A stretch of DNA of 64,000 bases from a virus. The stretch lies in IMG/VR virus record IMGVR_UViG_3300002026_000009, positions 1-64,000 of that record; one strand, given 5' to 3'. Below the pieces are notes generated by a model that did no database searches, was not told where the DNA came from, and saw only the letters and a list, made by a program, of their open reading frames with translations. This document shows, in pieces, positions 31,529 to 39,520 of the stretch. How positions within the stretch are numbered: the stretch's first letter is position 1; every line of letters starts with the position of its first letter. Made by a program: the position numbers and the translations under genes.

Positions 31529-31800
31529 GCACTCATAGCTCAATGGTTAGAGCAGTGAACTTAAAATAATGGGTCGCTATATTGGAAACGATATAGTAGT
31601 CAGGTGTAAATTCGGTGAACGCTTTAATATGCCAACGCCGAGCGAAGCCCGAAAGGGAACGTGTAGAGACTATAATCACCCACCTAAGGCTTGCTAAGGT
31701 GAAGGCATAGTCCAGACCACAAACATTAATACTGGTAGTGAAAACTATAGTGGTAAGCATAATTCATTGGTTACAGGTTCGAGTCCTGTTGAGTGCACCA
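31529..31800 (+). tRNA. tRNA (CAT) interrupted by a group I intron
   Basis: Exons 31529-31561 and 31758-31800 join into a 76-nt cloverleaf: GCACTCA..GTGAA-CT|CATAA-TTCAT..TGAGTGC-A-CCA. Splice points are approximate, within 1-2 nt. Confidence 0.75.
31562..31757 (+). mobile_element. group I intron (~196 nt, no ORF) in tRNA anticodon loop
   Basis: The 5' exon ends in U and the intron ends in G. P7-type elements GTAGAGACTATAA and AAGGCATAGTCC are present. Confidence 0.65.
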
Positions 31801-31814
31801 TATAAAAAATAATC

Positions 31815-31843
31815 TTGCAAATTTTTGAGTCCTCTGTTATAAT
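31815..31843 (+). promoter_or_regulatory. promoter TTGCAA-N17-TATAAT
   Basis: Hexamers read directly. Confidence 0.55.
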
Positions 31844-31865
31844 ATAAGTTAACGGAGGATAAAAA

Positions 31866-32504
31866 ATGGATAAATATACTGCTCTTGTAGAGGCACTAGA
31901 TATAGTGTCCCCTAATTATAGAGAAATTATTACAAAATTCAGTGATAGTGCACTGAGACAAAATAAAACGTCATTTGCTGGTATTACGCCAGAGGCTTTC
32001 CTTGAGTTGATTTCTAGACATTCTTACTCATTAACTGAACTTGGATTTTCTGCTTCTACAACGACAAGACTACTAAAAACACTATGCCCTGAAAGAGTTA
32101 CTGGTTCTACAGGGTCAAAAATATGTACTTATATATTACAAGAAGTAGGGTGTAAGTACTGCTCAAACTGTAGGCAGGTAAAGCTAGTAGAAGATTTTAG
32201 ACCAAATGCTGCACAAAAAACTGGATTAAATACTTTATGTAAAGACTGCCATGCTGCGACTACTAAGGTTACTCAAGCGAGTAGACAACATGAGTATCGT
32301 GCATCTAAAATACAAAGAGTGGTACCTTGGTCAGAATTAGAAGAAATAAAGAAATTCATTAACAAATGCCCTACAGGGTATCATGTAGATCATATTATAC
32401 CTTTAAATGGTGAAAAAGTATCTGGGCTACACGTGCTGGCCAACTTACAGTACTTATTGGCCTCAGAAAATTGTAGTAAATCAAACAAATTTAACATATC
32501 ATGA
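31866..32504 (+). CDS. HNH homing endonuclease
   Basis: HVDHIIPLNG...N...N motif and multiple CxxC. Lies next to the intron-containing tRNA. Confidence 0.7.
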   Translation: MDKYTALVEALDIVSPNYREIITKFSDSALRQNKTSFAGITPEAFLELISRHSYSLTELGFSASTTTRLLKTLCPERVTGSTGSKICTYILQEVGCKYCSNCRQVKLVEDFRPNAAQKTGLNTLCKDCHAATTKVTQASRQHEYRASKIQRVVPWSELEEIKKFINKCPTGYHVDHIIPLNGEKVSGLHVLANLQYLLASENCSKSNKFNIS

Positions 32505-32716
32505 CAAAATACGCAGTAGCCCACCACGACTTAGCAACAGGCGAACTCAGCCTTCTGATTATATCAGATGCACTTAATGAAGTAGATGCATGTGCTAGAG
32601 CACTAACAGATATAGACCCTAGCTATGACTACGCTGAACTAGCTGAGTGTGCTGATATAGATGCACTGTGGGATCTTCTTTCCGATGAAGAAAGCATCAC
32701 AGTATTGCCTGTATAA
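32501..32716 (+). CDS. hypothetical acidic protein
   Basis: ATGA overlap. TAA stop. Confidence 0.55.
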   Translation: MTKYAVAHHDLATGELSLLIISDALNEVDACARALTDIDPSYDYAELAECADIDALWDLLSDEESITVLPV

Positions 32717-32722
32717 ATCCCC

Positions 32723-32746
32723 GCCACCAGCTTGGTGGCTTTTTTA
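32723..32746 (+). terminator. intrinsic terminator GCCACCA...TGGTGGC + T6
   Basis: Read directly. Confidence 0.7.
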
Positions 32747-32767
32747 TTGGAGAGAAAAAATTCTCTC

Positions 32768-32796
32768 TTGAAGTTTTTAATAAATTCGAGTATAAT
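32768..32796 (+). promoter_or_regulatory. promoter TTGAAG-N17-TATAAT
   Basis: Hexamers read directly. Confidence 0.55.
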
Positions 32797-32826
32797 TATT
32801 TTTTAACAACTAGCAAAAGGCTAAAA

Positions 32827-33156
32827 ATGAACAAGCAAATTTTCTTTGGTGCTTATACACAAGACGAACTAGACGAAATGGGCATTAGCGATGTATTCGA
32901 GCACAATGGTAGCTTCTATGAGTTTCGTCTTGACGTATTTCTTGAGGATGGCTTCTGCCGCTTGACTGATTCCATTGGTCGTATGGTTCCATTTGACATG
33001 ACACACTACCAAGAATTTGCAAAAGCATTGCAATTGGTAGTATCACTACAAAATATGCAAGACATGAAGGAAACTCTGGACACGGTACTCTACAATGGAA
33101 AATCAGCTATTGGACTCCACTACGATCGAGAACTGGGCGAAGTTACCAGCGAGTAA
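32827..33156 (+). CDS. hypothetical protein
   Basis: ORF track entry. AAAGG RBS. Confidence 0.6.
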   Translation: MNKQIFFGAYTQDELDEMGISDVFEHNGSFYEFRLDVFLEDGFCRLTDSIGRMVPFDMTHYQEFAKALQLVVSLQNMQDMKETLDTVLYNGKSAIGLHYDRELGEVTSE

Positions 33157-33370
33157 AAAAGCCCAGCTAGTGTGTGATATATTTTCGCAGGAGTGGAGTA
33201 GTCTAGAAATTACACAGCTAGCAAAGCTATGTACTTATGCTAGCCTTGAGGGCCACGAGATCCCCAATAATACTCAAGCAATGTTATCCGTACTAGCGTG
33301 CTTAGAACAAGCGGGAGCTATTGAAACCCGTGAGTCAGAAGATAAAAAATTAGAAGTAAGGACTAAATAA
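33095..33370 (+). CDS. hypothetical protein (start uncertain)
   Basis: ORF track entry. Overlaps the previous gene by 62 nt. Confidence 0.4.
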   Translation: MENQLLDSTTIENWAKLPASKKAQLVCDIFSQEWSSLEITQLAKLCTYASLEGHEIPNNTQAMLSVLACLEQAGAIETRESEDKKLEVRTK

Positions 33371-33371
33371 T

Positions 33372-33797
33372 ATGGCAGTTGGTAAAGCATCAAAATCACA
33401 AGAAGCATACTACTCTAAGTACAAAACACTAGCTCCAATTAACCGCAAACGTAAGCTAGAGCGCATATTGAAGGCCCAACCAAATAACGAACAAGTTAAA
33501 ATGGCTCTCAAGGATATTCACTATCGCCGTAAGACCCCTAATACGCATGTGTGGTCAGCTAGTGATAAACGCATGGCACAGGTGCTGCGAGACTGGACAG
33601 GCGGGTTTAATATGGAGATTCTTAACTCCAACCCTAAAACAGCTAGTGACGCAATGCAAAGACTGCCTAGTCGTGGGGCTGTAAAACAAGATGACACCCT
33701 GCAGGCACGTAGTATGTTTGCACTTAAAACGCGACTTAAAGTTAACGGTACACTGCTGTTTCCTACTTCCACGCGGTTGAATGGGCTTGTTAGCTAA
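33372..33797 (+). CDS. hypothetical basic protein
   Basis: ORF track entry. Confidence 0.6.
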   Translation: MAVGKASKSQEAYYSKYKTLAPINRKRKLERILKAQPNNEQVKMALKDIHYRRKTPNTHVWSASDKRMAQVLRDWTGGFNMEILNSNPKTASDAMQRLPSRGAVKQDDTLQARSMFALKTRLKVNGTLLFPTSTRLNGLVS

Positions 33798-34051
33798 TGG
33801 CAGAACTCATTTTCTATTACGCTATTTTTGCAACAAGTGTGGGTATTTGGGCTTGTTATGATCTACTACCAGAAGTACGCAGAAAACTATTCGAAGAAAA
33901 TCGGCTAGACGATGTTATGTACGATAGGCCACTAATAGCATTCGTAACGCTGCTAGTTATTAGTACTGTTATGGCTCCTCTTGTTGTAGTTACTATTCTA
34001 GTACCCGGCCTTCGCAATAGCGCTGTCTCAGCACTAGTTAAAAAGGTTTAA
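33797..34051 (+). CDS. membrane protein
   Basis: TAATG overlap. Two TM segments. Confidence 0.55.
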   Translation: MAELIFYYAIFATSVGIWACYDLLPEVRRKLFEENRLDDVMYDRPLIAFVTLLVISTVMAPLVVVTILVPGLRNSAVSALVKKV

Positions 34052-34061
34052 AAATATAGAG

Positions 34062-34090
34062 TTGCACTAGAGACCCTAAAGTTGTATAAT
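34062..34090 (+). promoter_or_regulatory. promoter TTGCAC-N17-TATAAT
   Basis: The spacer contains GACCCTAAA. Confidence 0.55.
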
Positions 34091-34124
34091 ATATACTTCT
34101 CTGGCACACAAAGGGTTACGAAAA

Positions 34125-34400
34125 ATGGCACTAATTTACAGCTTTAAATATACGGACGCTAAAGGCAAGCAATCTGATAGAGTGCTGATGGCACACACTG
34201 TACCTGCTACAATGTACGGTGGCACAGACATTACTGAGCTGGATGAGGAAGCGCGTGGTCTGTTTATCGCAGCAGTTGAGGGTGCTAAAGATTCGTATAC
34301 TGCACAATTGCAGAAAATACATGAGGAATTTGACCTCAAACACAAGTACCGTCAGTTCAAAGCAGAGTCTATGACTGATGTAACCACAGAATCAATTTAA
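34125..34400 (+). CDS. hypothetical protein
   Basis: ORF track entry. Confidence 0.6.
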   Translation: MALIYSFKYTDAKGKQSDRVLMAHTVPATMYGGTDITELDEEARGLFIAAVEGAKDSYTAQLQKIHEEFDLKHKYRQFKAESMTDVTTESI

Positions 34401-34412
34401 AGGAAATCAAAA

Positions 34413-34772
34413 ATGGCATGGACCGACGAACAAAAAGCACAAGCTAAACAAATGTACTTGGATGGCAATCCCACTCCAGAAAATTCAACCGAGCTGGTCA
34501 AGCAAATTGCTGAAGACCTCGACCAGTCTGCTAACGGTGTACGTATGCTACTGACCCAAGCAGGCATTTACGTCAAGAAAGACGACAAGGCTAAGCCTAC
34601 TACAGGCACGGCTAAAAAAGAAGGTGATGCTCCAAAGCGCGTTAGCAAAGAATCTCAAATCGCTGAGCTGAAAGCTGCAATCGAAGCCCGTGGTGCTGAA
34701 GTTGATGCTGACATTCTCGATAAACTTACAGGTAAAGCTGCCCAATACTTTGTAAAAGTTCTGGCTGCTTAA
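34413..34772 (+). CDS. GcrA-like HTH family protein (paralogue 4)
   Basis: MAWTDEQKAQAKQMYLDG...IAEDLDQSANGVRMLLTQAGIY. Confidence 0.65.
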   Translation: MAWTDEQKAQAKQMYLDGNPTPENSTELVKQIAEDLDQSANGVRMLLTQAGIYVKKDDKAKPTTGTAKKEGDAPKRVSKESQIAELKAAIEARGAEVDADILDKLTGKAAQYFVKVLAA

Positions 34773-34775
34773 TTT

Positions 34776-34800
34776 AAGGCAGCTTTAGGCTGCCTTTTTC
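34776..34800 (+). terminator. intrinsic terminator AAGGCAGC...GCTGCCTT + T run
   Basis: Read directly. Confidence 0.65.
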
Positions 34801-34815
34801 ATTTTAAGGACTAAT

Positions 34816-35436
34816 ATGGCAACACGCAAACCAAAGGATGACGAACTACTTGATGATGCTCATTTGGAGCGTGTAATCGCCCTGCTTGAGCCGAAAGAAG
34901 AAGATGCCAAGCCTATCACTAAGAAAGATGCTTGCCAGATTCTTAACATTGCCTACAACACTACAAGGCTAGGACAGTTAATTGATCGCTACAAAGAAAA
35001 GAAGTCTCGTGAGACAAAAAGACGAGCGGAGCTACGCGGCAAGCCCCTTTCTTCAGAAGAAATTGCTTATATCATTGGAGAATACCTGGAAGGAGTTTCC
35101 GTCGAAGAAATTTCTCGCTCGACGTACCGTTCGCGCGAGAAAGTCGCTCAGGCCTTGGTTGAAGCTAACGTACCGGTCAGACCTGCTAGTTACGATTACT
35201 TCAGACCGGAACTTATCCCTGACGATGCAACACGCGAAAGGTTTAAGGTTGGTGAAGTTGTCTGGTCTGCTCAGTATGATTCAGCAGCAAAAATTGAAAA
35301 GGAAGATACGCACTCAACATGGGGGTTCATTTATAGAGTGTGGCTTCTTAGCGAGAAGTGGAGGCAGTACGCGCATGTCCCAGCCTGCGAGCTTGCCAGT
35401 TTAGAACATTTGAGAAAATTAGGAGTACGAGTATAA
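34816..35436 (+). CDS. hypothetical protein (206 aa)
   Basis: ORF track entry. Confidence 0.65.
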   Translation: MATRKPKDDELLDDAHLERVIALLEPKEEDAKPITKKDACQILNIAYNTTRLGQLIDRYKEKKSRETKRRAELRGKPLSSEEIAYIIGEYLEGVSVEEISRSTYRSREKVAQALVEANVPVRPASYDYFRPELIPDDATRERFKVGEVVWSAQYDSAAKIEKEDTHSTWGFIYRVWLLSEKWRQYAHVPACELASLEHLRKLGVRV

Positions 35437-35630
35437 TGCACGGCGCCCAACCTATAAATAATGTGCTTATAAAACACTTTCAAGTTACGCATAAGCATGG
35501 GTACCTGATAGACCAACTTACATCGTGGCAACTTCTAGCAATGGAAAATCTGCTAAAGTGCAGACGCGGAGATGTACCCGCCGACTATGTTATTGAGCAA
35601 GCACTTGTTTTACTAGATACAGACCAATGA
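35436..35630 (+). CDS. hypothetical protein
   Basis: TAATG overlap. ORF 35358..35630 trimmed. Confidence 0.5.
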   Translation: MHGAQPINNVLIKHFQVTHKHGYLIDQLTSWQLLAMENLLKCRRGDVPADYVIEQALVLLDTDQ

Positions 35631-35974
35631 GCGTAACCTGGCCGGACATTACATTTCCGCCAATAAACCTGCACGTAATGGTGCCCCTATTTAAAATGGC
35701 AAATCAAATTCATTATGAAAAGCTCATTTACCATAATGAGGATAAATTTTACCAGCTGCGGTTAACCGTTAGCGAGTTTAGAGATAAGTATTATGTTAAC
35801 GTACGGAAGTACTTTCAGACGTATGAAGGGGACTTCCAGGCTAGTCGCGAGGGCGTCTCGATGGAAGCTTCGATGGGAAATATCAGTGCTCTACTTGAGG
35901 GCTTACTGGAAATTGTCTCAAACGAAGAAGGTCAAGAGTTGATTAAAAAACTATACAACGAACGTTGTAAGTGA
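35627..35974 (+). CDS. hypothetical protein
   Basis: ATGA overlap. TGA stop. Confidence 0.6.
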   Translation: MSVTWPDITFPPINLHVMVPLFKMANQIHYEKLIYHNEDKFYQLRLTVSEFRDKYYVNVRKYFQTYEGDFQASREGVSMEASMGNISALLEGLLEIVSNEEGQELIKKLYNERCK

Positions 35975-35981
35975 TATGCAG

Positions 35982-36032
35982 CTTAGGGATCAGAAATTTA
36001 CATTTGACCCTAAGTTGTATTTATTGTATAAT
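35982..36032 (+). promoter_or_regulatory. palindromic operator overlapping promoter TTGACC-N17-TATAAT
   Basis: CTTAGGGATCAGAAATTTACATTTGACCCTAAG, homologous to the module at 4487-4537. Confidence 0.55.
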
Positions 36033-36058
36033 ATATTCTTTACAGCGTGTATTATACA

Positions 36059-36403
36059 ATGAACAACTTTCTTAAAAATCTTACGTTCTATCAAACCAAT
36101 CAACGTGCTCTGGTTCAGGAACCTTTTTCATTTGAAGATAATTTTACAAATGTAAGGTATGTGGAAGAGCGTGTTGTGTACGAACTAGCAGCTAAAATTG
36201 GGGATCGAGTAGTAATTAGTGAGAGTATGGCTTCTGAAGCTAAGAATCTTATTAAACACAAACTCATGCGATCACTTAATGAGCACGTACATGGCGGGTA
36301 TAGACTACCACTATTAGATTTGTTTAGACACTTAGTCAAACGCGGTGACCAAGAAGGTATTAAGCAATTAGAAAAGATTATGGACGAAATGTTTAAAGTA
36401 TGA
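36059..36403 (+). CDS. hypothetical protein
   Basis: ORF 36047..36403. ATG at 36059. Confidence 0.55.
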   Translation: MNNFLKNLTFYQTNQRALVQEPFSFEDNFTNVRYVEERVVYELAAKIGDRVVISESMASEAKNLIKHKLMRSLNEHVHGGYRLPLLDLFRHLVKRGDQEGIKQLEKIMDEMFKV

Positions 36404-37362
36404 ACAAACAACAAATTTCCAACTATCTTGATCGGTGCAGCGATGCGTATTATGCGGGTAATCCTATTCTTGATGACGCTACCTTTGACAGTCTCGCTGA
36501 CCTTGTTGGTTACAACAGAGTGGGCGCTACGGTCACTAGCGGGAAGGTTCGACACCTCTATCAAATGTACTCGCTTCAAAAGCATTACGAAGATGAAGGT
36601 GCCCACCCTCTAAAAGGCTATACTGGTGGTATCTCTACCAGTCCTAAACTGGATGGTGCTGCAATCTCTATTCTGTATGTTGATGGTGCACTAACTCGCG
36701 TAACCACTCGTGGTGATGGGGTTGAGGGTCAGGACATTACAGATAAGTTCCTGACTACAAAGTCACTGATTCCCCACAATATTCCTAGTATCGGTACATT
36801 CCAGATTACTGGTGAGATTGTAGCCCCGAATCATATTGAGAATGCTCGTAACTACGCTGCTGGTGCTCTCAACTTGAAAGATGTTGCAGAGTTCAATACT
36901 CGCGCAATCGAGTTCTTCGCTTATGGTGTTCAGCCATACATTAGCGAGAGTTTTGTTACTGACATGCAGCAACTCAAGGCATGGGGATTCAATACAGTTT
37001 TCGAATCGGAAATTGATAAGATTTACCCTTGCGATGGTGTTGTACATCGTATCAACAGTAACAAAGTATTTGTTGAGTGGGGTTACACAGGTAAGCATCC
37101 CAAAGCTGCCTATGCTCTTAAAGTTCGGCAGCAAGCTGTTGAAACTAAGATTATTGGTGTTGAGTGGCAAGTCGGTAAGACAGGTCGCGTTTCACCAGTA
37201 GCTATTCTAGAACCTGTTATGATTGGTGACGCTCAAGTTAGCCGCGCTACTCTTAACAATCCTGGGTTTATCGAAATGCTTGGCATTGAGATCGGAGATA
37301 CAGTAGCCATTATTCGTAGTGGCGAGATCATTCCTAGAATCCTTCACAAGGTTGATGCATGA
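36400..37362 (+). CDS. NAD-dependent DNA ligase, N-terminal part (adenylation + OB)
   Basis: KxDG motif SPKLDGAAISI, and TRGDGVEGQDIT. Confidence 0.8.
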   Translation: MNKQQISNYLDRCSDAYYAGNPILDDATFDSLADLVGYNRVGATVTSGKVRHLYQMYSLQKHYEDEGAHPLKGYTGGISTSPKLDGAAISILYVDGALTRVTTRGDGVEGQDITDKFLTTKSLIPHNIPSIGTFQITGEIVAPNHIENARNYAAGALNLKDVAEFNTRAIEFFAYGVQPYISESFVTDMQQLKAWGFNTVFESEIDKIYPCDGVVHRINSNKVFVEWGYTGKHPKAAYALKVRQQAVETKIIGVEWQVGKTGRVSPVAILEPVMIGDAQVSRATLNNPGFIEMLGIEIGDTVAIIRSGEIIPRILHKVDA

Positions 37363-37532
37363 CTAAATGTATTTATAAAACTGCTAGCGGCGATTGTAGA
37401 AATGTTCATATGCTTGATAATAAAAATCCTTCCATTAAAAAATGTGTACTGCTTGAACCACGTAGTAACCCAAAAGTACTAATATTTTGCAAGCTAGAGC
37501 GTGGCCCGGAGTCCTTGCTAACTAACCCATAA
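37359..37532 (+). CDS. hypothetical small protein between the ligase halves (57 aa)
   Basis: ATGA overlap with the stop of the ligase N-terminal part. Confidence 0.35.
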   Translation: MTKCIYKTASGDCRNVHMLDNKNPSIKKCVLLEPRSNPKVLIFCKLERGPESLLTNP

Positions 37533-37542
37533 AAATTTAGAC

Positions 37543-37571
37543 TTGCTGTTGGTGTGGGTTTCGTGTATAAT
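37543..37571 (+). promoter_or_regulatory. promoter TTGCTG-N17-TATAAT with AAATTTAGAC upstream box
   Basis: The same AAATTTAGACTTG head recurs at 47353 and 56767. Confidence 0.55.
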
Positions 37572-37598
37572 ACATATATTCAGTCGATAAACACATTT

Positions 37599-38354
37599 AT
37601 GAAAATTGACATTCCTACACATTGCCCATGTTGCAGTGAGCCACTCGAATTTACTAACGATCAGTTATTTTGTGTTAACTCTAGTTGCCCAGCACAGCTT
37701 TACAAGCGGGTTGAGCATTTTACAAAAACTCTTGGCATTAAAGGATTTGGCTCTAAAACTATCGAAAAACTAGCCCTAGATTCAATCCCCGAGATTTATT
37801 ATTTAGAATTTGAAGATGTAGCCGCTGCCCTGGGCAGTGAGCGTATGGCAGAAAAATTATTACTCGAAATTGAGGCTAGCCGAAATGCCTCACTAGACAA
37901 GGTACTGGCTGCATTTTCAATCCCTCTTATCGGACAAACGCTGTCAACACGGCTTTGTCAAGTAGTCAATAACATTGACGAAATTACAGCCGAAGCTTGC
38001 AATTCCGCAGGTTTAGGTGCTAAAGCTACAGCCAACTTGATCGGTTGGTTGAATACAGAATTTCTAGAGGTCAGAGAGTTTTTACCCTTTGACTTTAAGA
38101 CTTCTGGAACTGCCAGCAACACAGATAACGGTAAAAGTATCTGTATTACTGGTAAACTCGTTACCTTTAAAACCAAAGCAGAAGCCACAACAGCCCTAAC
38201 AACGGCTGGATACAAAGTAGTAGAGTCAGTAACAAAACAAACAGACATGCTAGTGGACGAAGGCGATAAAGGTAGCGCAAAACGTAAACGTGCCGAAGAA
38301 CTCGGTATTCCTATTATTACAAATCTCAAAGATTTTTTGAAAGAAAACAAATGA
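37599..38354 (+). CDS. NAD-dependent DNA ligase, C-terminal part (Zn finger, HhH, BRCT)
   Basis: CPCCSEPLEF...CVNSSCPAQ, HhH-like repeats, and a C-terminal BRCT-like ITGKL... Confidence 0.75.
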   Translation: MKIDIPTHCPCCSEPLEFTNDQLFCVNSSCPAQLYKRVEHFTKTLGIKGFGSKTIEKLALDSIPEIYYLEFEDVAAALGSERMAEKLLLEIEASRNASLDKVLAAFSIPLIGQTLSTRLCQVVNNIDEITAEACNSAGLGAKATANLIGWLNTEFLEVREFLPFDFKTSGTASNTDNGKSICITGKLVTFKTKAEATTALTTAGYKVVESVTKQTDMLVDEGDKGSAKRKRAEELGIPIITNLKDFLKENK

Positions 38355-39103
38355 CAGAAAAAACTATTGCTAAAAACTGGTCTGACGAAGCCGTTGCAAC
38401 CCTGAACTCTATTGTTGGCTCCGCTAGCCCTGTTAGCGTTGAGTTGGTTGAGCAAGCTGCCGAAGCTCTCGGTAAGTCTACCCGTTCGATTGCAAGCAAA
38501 CTGCGTCAGCTAGACCGCGATGTTGCTAGCATGGCTAAGGAAAAAGTTGCTGCCTTTACCAAAGAAGAAGGTGATGCACTGGCTGCTTTCGTTAATAGCA
38601 ACGCAGGTCAATATACATACAAAGAAATCGCTGAAAACTTCCGTGGTGGTAAGTTCTCTGCCAAGCAAGTTCAAGGTAAGCTGCTGGCACTGGAACTGAC
38701 TGGTTCAGTTAAGCCTACTGAAAAAGTTGAAGTTGCTGGTAAGTACAGCGAAGCCGAAGAAGCCCAGTTCGTTGCGCTGGCTAACAGTGGTGCCTTCATC
38801 GAAGACATTGCCTCTGCTCTTGGCAAAGAAGTTAGCTCTGTTCGCGGTAAAGCACTGAGCTTGATGCGTAAAGAGCAAATTGCTAAGATTCCTGCACAAC
38901 GCGAATCACATGCAGCTAATACTGTTGATCCAGTTGAAGCTCTTGGTACCAAGATTGCTACTATGACTGTAGCTGAGATTGCTGCAGCAGTTGACAAGAC
39001 TGAGCGCGGTATTAAGACAATGCTGACACGTCGTGGTATTGATTGTGCCGATTATAAAGGCGCAGCTAAAAAAGAAAAAGCAGAAGCTAAATCTGCTGCT
39101 TAA
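38351..39103 (+). CDS. protein with four GcrA-like HTH repeats
   Basis: Four internal repeats of the (W/Y)(S/T)xE...hxxIAxxLGK(S/E)xxS(I/V)xxKLxxL type. Confidence 0.65.
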   Translation: MTEKTIAKNWSDEAVATLNSIVGSASPVSVELVEQAAEALGKSTRSIASKLRQLDRDVASMAKEKVAAFTKEEGDALAAFVNSNAGQYTYKEIAENFRGGKFSAKQVQGKLLALELTGSVKPTEKVEVAGKYSEAEEAQFVALANSGAFIEDIASALGKEVSSVRGKALSLMRKEQIAKIPAQRESHAANTVDPVEALGTKIATMTVAEIAAAVDKTERGIKTMLTRRGIDCADYKGAAKKEKAEAKSAA

Positions 39104-39112
39104 ATGAGTTAA

Positions 39113-39150
39113 GGGACGGAGATGCGGTAAAAGGCTCTCCGTCCTTTTTT
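39113..39150 (+). terminator. intrinsic terminator GGACGGAG...CTCCGTCC + T6
   Basis: Read directly. Confidence 0.7.
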
Positions 39151-39205
39151 ACTGGAAGTTCTAACAAATGCGTTAGCGTATTTGTTAGAGTTGCCGAGGA
39201 AACCT

Positions 39206-39508
39206 ATGCAAGTAACAATAACATACACAGATACTACTAGCTTTACTAAAGAAGAAGTAGTGCGTAATGCTGTCCACAATTATGGCAAAACAGCAGACGT
39301 AAAAGTAATGCCCGAAAGTTCAAATGCGCACGACTTAATTTATTTTGGTCTGCAGCAAATGATTACACATGAGCAGCTTAGCTTAATCTATGATAGCTCT
39401 GGTAGCTATCAACGAGACCTTAAAAAATTGCGTGCCGAAGCCCTGTATAAGCTAGAAGAGATTCTTGATGCTGTTATAGTGGACAATGAAGCCAAAGTAG
39501 CTAACTAA
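39206..39508 (+). CDS. hypothetical protein
   Basis: GAGGAAA RBS before ATG 39206. Confidence 0.55.
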   Translation: MQVTITYTDTTSFTKEEVVRNAVHNYGKTADVKVMPESSNAHDLIYFGLQQMITHEQLSLIYDSSGSYQRDLKKLRAEALYKLEEILDAVIVDNEAKVAN

Positions 39509-39520
39509 ACGGAGGCTATC

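Noticed and set aside
31533-31760. Minus-strand ORF inside the tRNA intron.
   Set aside because: It lies antisense to a structured group I intron and has no RBS. The 196-nt intron is too small to carry a homing endonuclease gene.
18047-31800. The tRNA cluster could mark a prophage integration site or a genomic island.
   Set aside because: There is no integrase, no att-like duplication and no bacterial housekeeping gene in the window. Every neighbouring gene is phage-like.
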